Below are positions 8,855-11,996 of a stretch of DNA of 11,996 nt, in pieces; positions within the stretch are counted from its first letter, which is position 1, and each line of letters starts with the position of its first letter. The notes under the pieces were generated by a model. The model did not search any database. It was not told the origin of the DNA and worked only from the letters and a program-made list of their open reading frames with translations. Made by a program: the position numbers and the translations under genes. Origin of the DNA: Pseudothermotoga sp. (GTDB taxonomy: Bacteria > Thermotogota > Thermotogae > Thermotogales > DSM-5069); the NCBI GenBank assembly GCA_041640575.1, contig JBEPZZ010000052.1:1-11996 (forward strand). The letters run 5' to 3'.

Positions 8855-9685
8855 TTGGTGCGAGTTATCCAAAAACTTCTTTCAAGACCAATTAATCTTA
8901 TTGCAATAAGCTATCTTGTTCTGGTAATCTTTACGGCAATTTTTCCAAAAATCGTGTCACCTTACGATCCTTTGGAAATGGACTATTCTGCACTTCTCGA
9001 AAAACCTTCTACGAGTCATTGGTTTGGAACCGATGAATTTGGTAGAGATATTTTCTCAAGGTGTGTTTTTGGATTACAAAAGAGTGTTCTAATAGCCTTC
9101 AGTTCAATAATTTTAGCTTTCCTTCTTGGAACAACTCTTGGTTTGATCGCAGGATTCCATGGAGGATTTGCTGATCTTCTCATTATGAGATTTGTTGAGG
9201 GTTTATTCGCATTTCCATCTTTGATACTTGCACTTTTTATTGTAGCTCTGTTTGGTTCAACTGTAACGAATCTTATTTTTGCAATTGCTATCGTTTATTC
9301 TCCCATATTCGCTAGAACTGTGAGAGGAGAAGTTATCTCTATCAAAGATCGACTTTTTATCAAGGCAGCTGTAGTAATAGGAAAATCTAATTTAAAAATA
9401 ATGATCTTCGAAATATTACCGAACATCTCTTCAGTTCTAATAGTATCCTTTACAACAAACTTATCCACAGCTTTTCTCACAGAAGCTTCTCTTGGTTTTT
9501 TAGGTTTGAGTGTACCTCCACCTTACCCGACTTTGGGAGGGTTGGTAGGCCAAGGAACAACTTATTTGTTAAGTGCTCCATGGATAACTCTATTTCCAGG
9601 ATTTGTCATAGCAACCATAGTGTTGTCACTAAACATAATTGGAGACAGTCTTAGAGACATCTTGGATCCGAGGATGAAAGGTTAA
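8855..9685 (+). CDS. ABC transporter permease (OppC/DppC-like)
   Basis: SPYDP, PS..HWFGTDEFGRDIFSR, AFPSLILAL, ARTVRGEV, ILPN, EASLGFLGL.VPPP, GDSLRDILDPR. Start TTG 8855 or GTG 8858 after AGGTGA. Confidence 0.95.
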   Translation: MVRVIQKLLSRPINLIAISYLVLVIFTAIFPKIVSPYDPLEMDYSALLEKPSTSHWFGTDEFGRDIFSRCVFGLQKSVLIAFSSIILAFLLGTTLGLIAGFHGGFADLLIMRFVEGLFAFPSLILALFIVALFGSTVTNLIFAIAIVYSPIFARTVRGEVISIKDRLFIKAAVVIGKSNLKIMIFEILPNISSVLIVSFTTNLSTAFLTEASLGFLGLSVPPPYPTLGGLVGQGTTYLLSAPWITLFPGFVIATIVLSLNIIGDSLRDILDPRMKG

Positions 9686-10353
9686 TCAGAAACTGTCAAA
9701 AAGAACACAAATACTCCTATGTAGATCAAAATATCTCCTGGACTTATTAGAAATTTCCTCCCCCATGGTAAAATCATAGGTATCCAATCACAAAAGGTTA
9801 ATTTTGCTTCAAATTCAGTGAAAATATATAGAATGGGAGGCTGCTATAAGAACCTAACGAAATAACTACAGAAGCATCTAAAGCACTAAATGAGTTGGAA
9901 AAAGACAAATCAGCTTAATTTTCAGTTTGTGAAGATAATTGATCATTTTTCAAAAATTGTAAAAAGATAGGATCAAAATTATTATTTTTTCAAAATTGCG
10001 TTGTCAAGCAAAAATGCTCTAATCAAATTCAGCAAATTTGATAAAGTAGAAAAGGATAACCTTTTGCCCTGCTCGGTTTACTGCAAACAAAAGTGGATTT
10101 CTTTGAACATTTACTAAATTCTTTTCCATGATTTTCTGTCAAGAACGTACCTAGAAGCTTGCAGTGTTTAAAACCTATAGTGTTGTCTTGTAAGTATAAT
10201 AACTCTGTTTGAGGATATGGATATATGCATATCAACTTAAATTTTTATCAGTCTTCTGGATTTTTTCGTGATGTTACAATAAATCTTTCCATCTTATCTG
10301 AAAATATGCAAATCCTATGAACAAGAATCTATGATAAAAACTTGAGCTTCTTT

Positions 10354-10421
10354 ACTTTACAATTTTTTTAATATAGACTTGACATTAGATACTCAAGTGT
10401 GATAGCATTAAACTGTAAAGT
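10354..10421. repeat. Two concentric inverted repeats centred on the cas6 promoter
   Basis: Outer arms ACTTTACAaTTT (10354-10365) / AAAcTGTAAAGT (10410-10421), 11 of 12 complementary; inner arms ACTTGA (10377-10382) / TCAAGT (10393-10398), 6 of 6. Both share the symmetry centre 10387.5. Confidence 0.6.
10379..10408 (+). promoter_or_regulatory. Putative sigma70 promoter of the cas operon
   Basis: Perfect TTGACA (10379-10384), 18 bp spacer, extended -10 TG-A-TAGCAT (10403-10408), about 110 bp upstream of cas6. Confidence 0.6.
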
Positions 10422-10518
10422 TCTTGAAAAACGGATAAAATGGCAAATAAAAGAGTAAAAAACTAGTCAGCTACAAACAATAAAAAAATTCTTCTGCCGT
10501 GGGGGTTTTGAGTTAGCT

Positions 10519-11310
10519 ATGCGCATAAAAGTTGATCTTAGCTGTTCAAAGCTTCCATTACTTTACAGGCACCGATTCATGGCGCTGATAAAAGAGGCAC
10601 TCAGTCGCAGTAATACCATTTATAAAAAATCTCTCTATCCTGACAAAATCACAGATCATTCAAAGGTAGTGAAGCCTTTCTGCTTTAGTGTTTCCTTTCC
10701 TGCAGGAAGAAAGCCAATGAAGGAGGAGATTACTCTAGATGAAGATGTGAAAGTCTATGAAACAGTTTTTTACTTTCCTCCTAACGGACATATATCCATG
10801 TACGTGAGCTCGATAGATTATGAATTCATTGTATTTTTGTACAATGGTTTGCTTGAAGTGAGAGAATTTCCATTCAGTGAAGACATAATCCTAAAGACTA
10901 AAAGAGTCTTGATGCTTAATGAAAAAAGAATAGTAAACGACGAAGTAACTTTTAAGACTCGTTCACCTATCTTGATTGAAGACAAAGACGGTACTCCTAT
11001 TTTACCATTTTCAGCTTCTTCTGAGAGTTTTAATGAGCATTTTAATGCTATACATGACAGAATTTTGAAGGATTTAAGAGGGGAAGGGCTTTACAAAAAG
11101 CTGGAATTTGTTCCTTTGAAGCTCAAAAAGCAGGTGGTTAAACACACTTTGAAAGGGTTTAGAGAAAAAACTGGCAAGCCATATATGACATTGACGTGCT
11201 TCGAAGGTTGCTTTACCCTACGAGGAGACCCAAGGGATTTACAGACGCTCTACCAAGCAGGTGTCGGATTGAGAACTGGTCAAGGATTTGGCATGGTGGA
11301 GGTTGAATAG
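10519..11310 (+). CDS. cas6: CRISPR-associated endoribonuclease Cas6
   Basis: 263 aa; N-terminal LPLLYRHRFMALIKEAL, KPFCFSV, FKTRSPILI, and the C-terminal glycine-rich loop LYQAGVGLRTGQGFGMVEV diagnostic of Cas6; followed by a cas8-like start. Confidence 0.95.
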   Translation: MRIKVDLSCSKLPLLYRHRFMALIKEALSRSNTIYKKSLYPDKITDHSKVVKPFCFSVSFPAGRKPMKEEITLDEDVKVYETVFYFPPNGHISMYVSSIDYEFIVFLYNGLLEVREFPFSEDIILKTKRVLMLNEKRIVNDEVTFKTRSPILIEDKDGTPILPFSASSESFNEHFNAIHDRILKDLRGEGLYKKLEFVPLKLKKQVVKHTLKGFREKTGKPYMTLTCFEGCFTLRGDPRDLQTLYQAGVGLRTGQGFGMVEVE

Positions 11311-11311
11311 A

Positions 11312-11455
11312 ATGGGCGATGTAATTAACTTATATCCCTCTAATTGGCTTTACAACGCAGGTGTGATTGGGTTTTTGAAAGTAGTTTCATCCTTGAAAGA
11401 TGAAAAAACAGTTGAGGAATGGCTTAATGAAGACGGTTCGGTCAAAATTGATACA
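11312..11455 (+). pseudogene. 5' fragment (~47-48 codons) of type I-B Cas8b1/Cst1 (Cas8a1-like) large subunit
   Basis: I.LYPSNWLYNAGVIGFLKV...W...DGSV.ID matches my recollection of the Cst1/Cas8b1 N-terminus; it lies 1 bp after the cas6 stop, the canonical cas6-cas8 order in type I-B. Confidence 0.75.
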
Positions 11456-11996
11456 AATGAAATAGAATTTTTAAAGTCTATTATATCAAATAAGAATAAA
11501 AAGATATTTGGAACATCTAGTGAACAAGTAGATGCTAACCAACTATCTCTTTTTAACGAGGCTGAAAAACATAGTGATTCAAAAGCAGAAGAACCTACTT
11601 TAGAAGAAATTACATATAAAAGAGCTAAGAGGAATAACAGTACAGGTAAAAAAGATAATCTTGCAAATTTAGAAAGAGTGGTTATTGAACATAAATTAGA
11701 AGGCGAAGACCTTAAATGCAACGAATGTGGTGAAGAGCTTGTTGAAATTGGTGTTAAATCTAGAAAGGAAATTATAAAGTATGTTCCAGCTAAACTTATA
11801 GTTGAAGAACATATTATATACAGCTACGCTTGTAAAGCTTGTGAAAAAGAAACAGGCGAAAGTAATATAATTTCAGCGGAAGCTCCAAAGACTATTTTTT
11901 ACAACAGCATGGCTTCACATGAATTGGTTGCACATACTCTTACTTTAAAATATCAACATGCTGTTCCACTTTACAGGCAGGAAACATATTTTGATA
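11312..11996 (+). CDS. Uninterrupted chimeric ORF (>228 aa, runs off window): Cas8b1/Cst1 N-terminus fused in frame to IS66 transposase
   Basis: GGAGG at 11298-11302, ATG 11312, no stop to the window end. Translation: MGDVINLYPSNWLYNAGVIGFLKVVSSLKDEKTVEEWLNEDGSVKIDT|NEIEFLKSIISNKNKKIFGTSSEQVDANQLSLFNEAEK...EITYKR...LERVVIEHKL...KCNECGEELVEIG...IKYVPAKLIVEEHIIYSYACKACEK...MASHELVAHTLTLKYQHAVPLYRQETYFD. Confidence 0.85.
   Translation, partial: MGDVINLYPSNWLYNAGVIGFLKVVSSLKDEKTVEEWLNEDGSVKIDTNEIEFLKSIISNKNKKIFGTSSEQVDANQLSLFNEAEKHSDSKAEEPTLEEITYKRAKRNNSTGKKDNLANLERVVIEHKLEGEDLKCNECGEELVEIGVKSRKEIIKYVPAKLIVEEHIIYSYACKACEKETGESNIISAEAPKTIFYNSMASHELVAHTLTLKYQHAVPLYRQETYFD
11456..11996 (+). mobile_element. 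IS66-family transposase (TnpC), 5'-truncated and cut by the window edge
   Basis: Ordered IS66 TnpC hallmarks: coiled coil ending ...KKIFGTSSEQ, QLSLFNEAE, zinc finger CNECG (11717) ... YACKAC, KY...VPLYRQ at the start of the DDE domain. Left boundary approximate (11450-11458). Confidence 0.9.

Noticed and set aside
9686..9760. Rho-independent terminator after the ABC operon
   Set aside because: No GC-rich hairpin followed by a T-tract was found.
10138..10174. 37-nt stretch GTCAAGAACGTACCTAGAAGCTTGCAGTGTTTAAAAC resembling a solitary degenerate CRISPR repeat (GT start, AAAC end, TACCTA core)
   Set aside because: Single copy, no internal hairpin, no second repeat at spacer distance, and the following sequence matches nothing I can find in the window. 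It cannot be supported without the genome's real repeat.
10029..10235. 68-aa minus-strand ORF from the ORF track
   Set aside because: No RBS, no recognisable motif, composition typical of a chance ORF.
10440..10466. 8-codon upstream ORF MANKRVKN in the cas6 leader
   Set aside because: Weak SD, no attenuator structure, expected by chance.
9686..10518. CRISPR array or leader in the intergenic region before cas6
   Set aside because: No regularly spaced 28-37 bp direct repeats; only short AT-rich matches.
3297..11721. Short minus-strand ORFs opposite the GH3, murQ, gntR, ABC and cas8/IS66 genes (including 11350-11721)
   Set aside because: Antisense shadows with no motifs, overlapping confident plus-strand genes.
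11717..11842. CxxC...CxxC motifs read as the CXXC-CXXC signature of an intact Cas8b1/Cst1
   Set aside because: The flanking motifs (FGTSSEQ, QLSLFNEAE, YVPAKL.V.EH..Y.YAC, KY...PLYRQ) are those of IS66 TnpC, so this is the IS66 zinc finger.

Overview
AT-rich bacterial DNA; the gene content and secreted non-lipoprotein family-5 binding protein suggest Thermotogota (inference only). Minus strand, left: an etfB-etfA-FAD-dependent 2-hydroxyacid dehydrogenase operon (LctBCD/GlcD-like; the last gene runs off the left edge). Divergent from it across a ~115 bp intergenic region: a MurNAc/peptidoglycan-sugar utilisation operon (GH3 NagZ-like hexosaminidase, murQ, GntR/HutC-type regulator, Opp/Dpp-family binding protein, two permeases, no ATPase genes). 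After an ~830 bp non-coding stretch a CRISPR-Cas operon starts with cas6. The next ORF, absent from the ORF track because it runs off the right edge, begins as type I-B Cas8b1/Cst1 for ~47 codons and continues in frame into an IS66-family transposase (TnpC), with no IS end, tnpA or tnpB between. Main observations: (1) this Cas8-IS66 in-frame chimera, which may be real or an assembly artefact; (2) the apparent coupling of MurQ, which releases D-lactate, to a divergent, possibly co-regulated and electron-confurcating lactate dehydrogenase/Etf module. No CRISPR array is visible.
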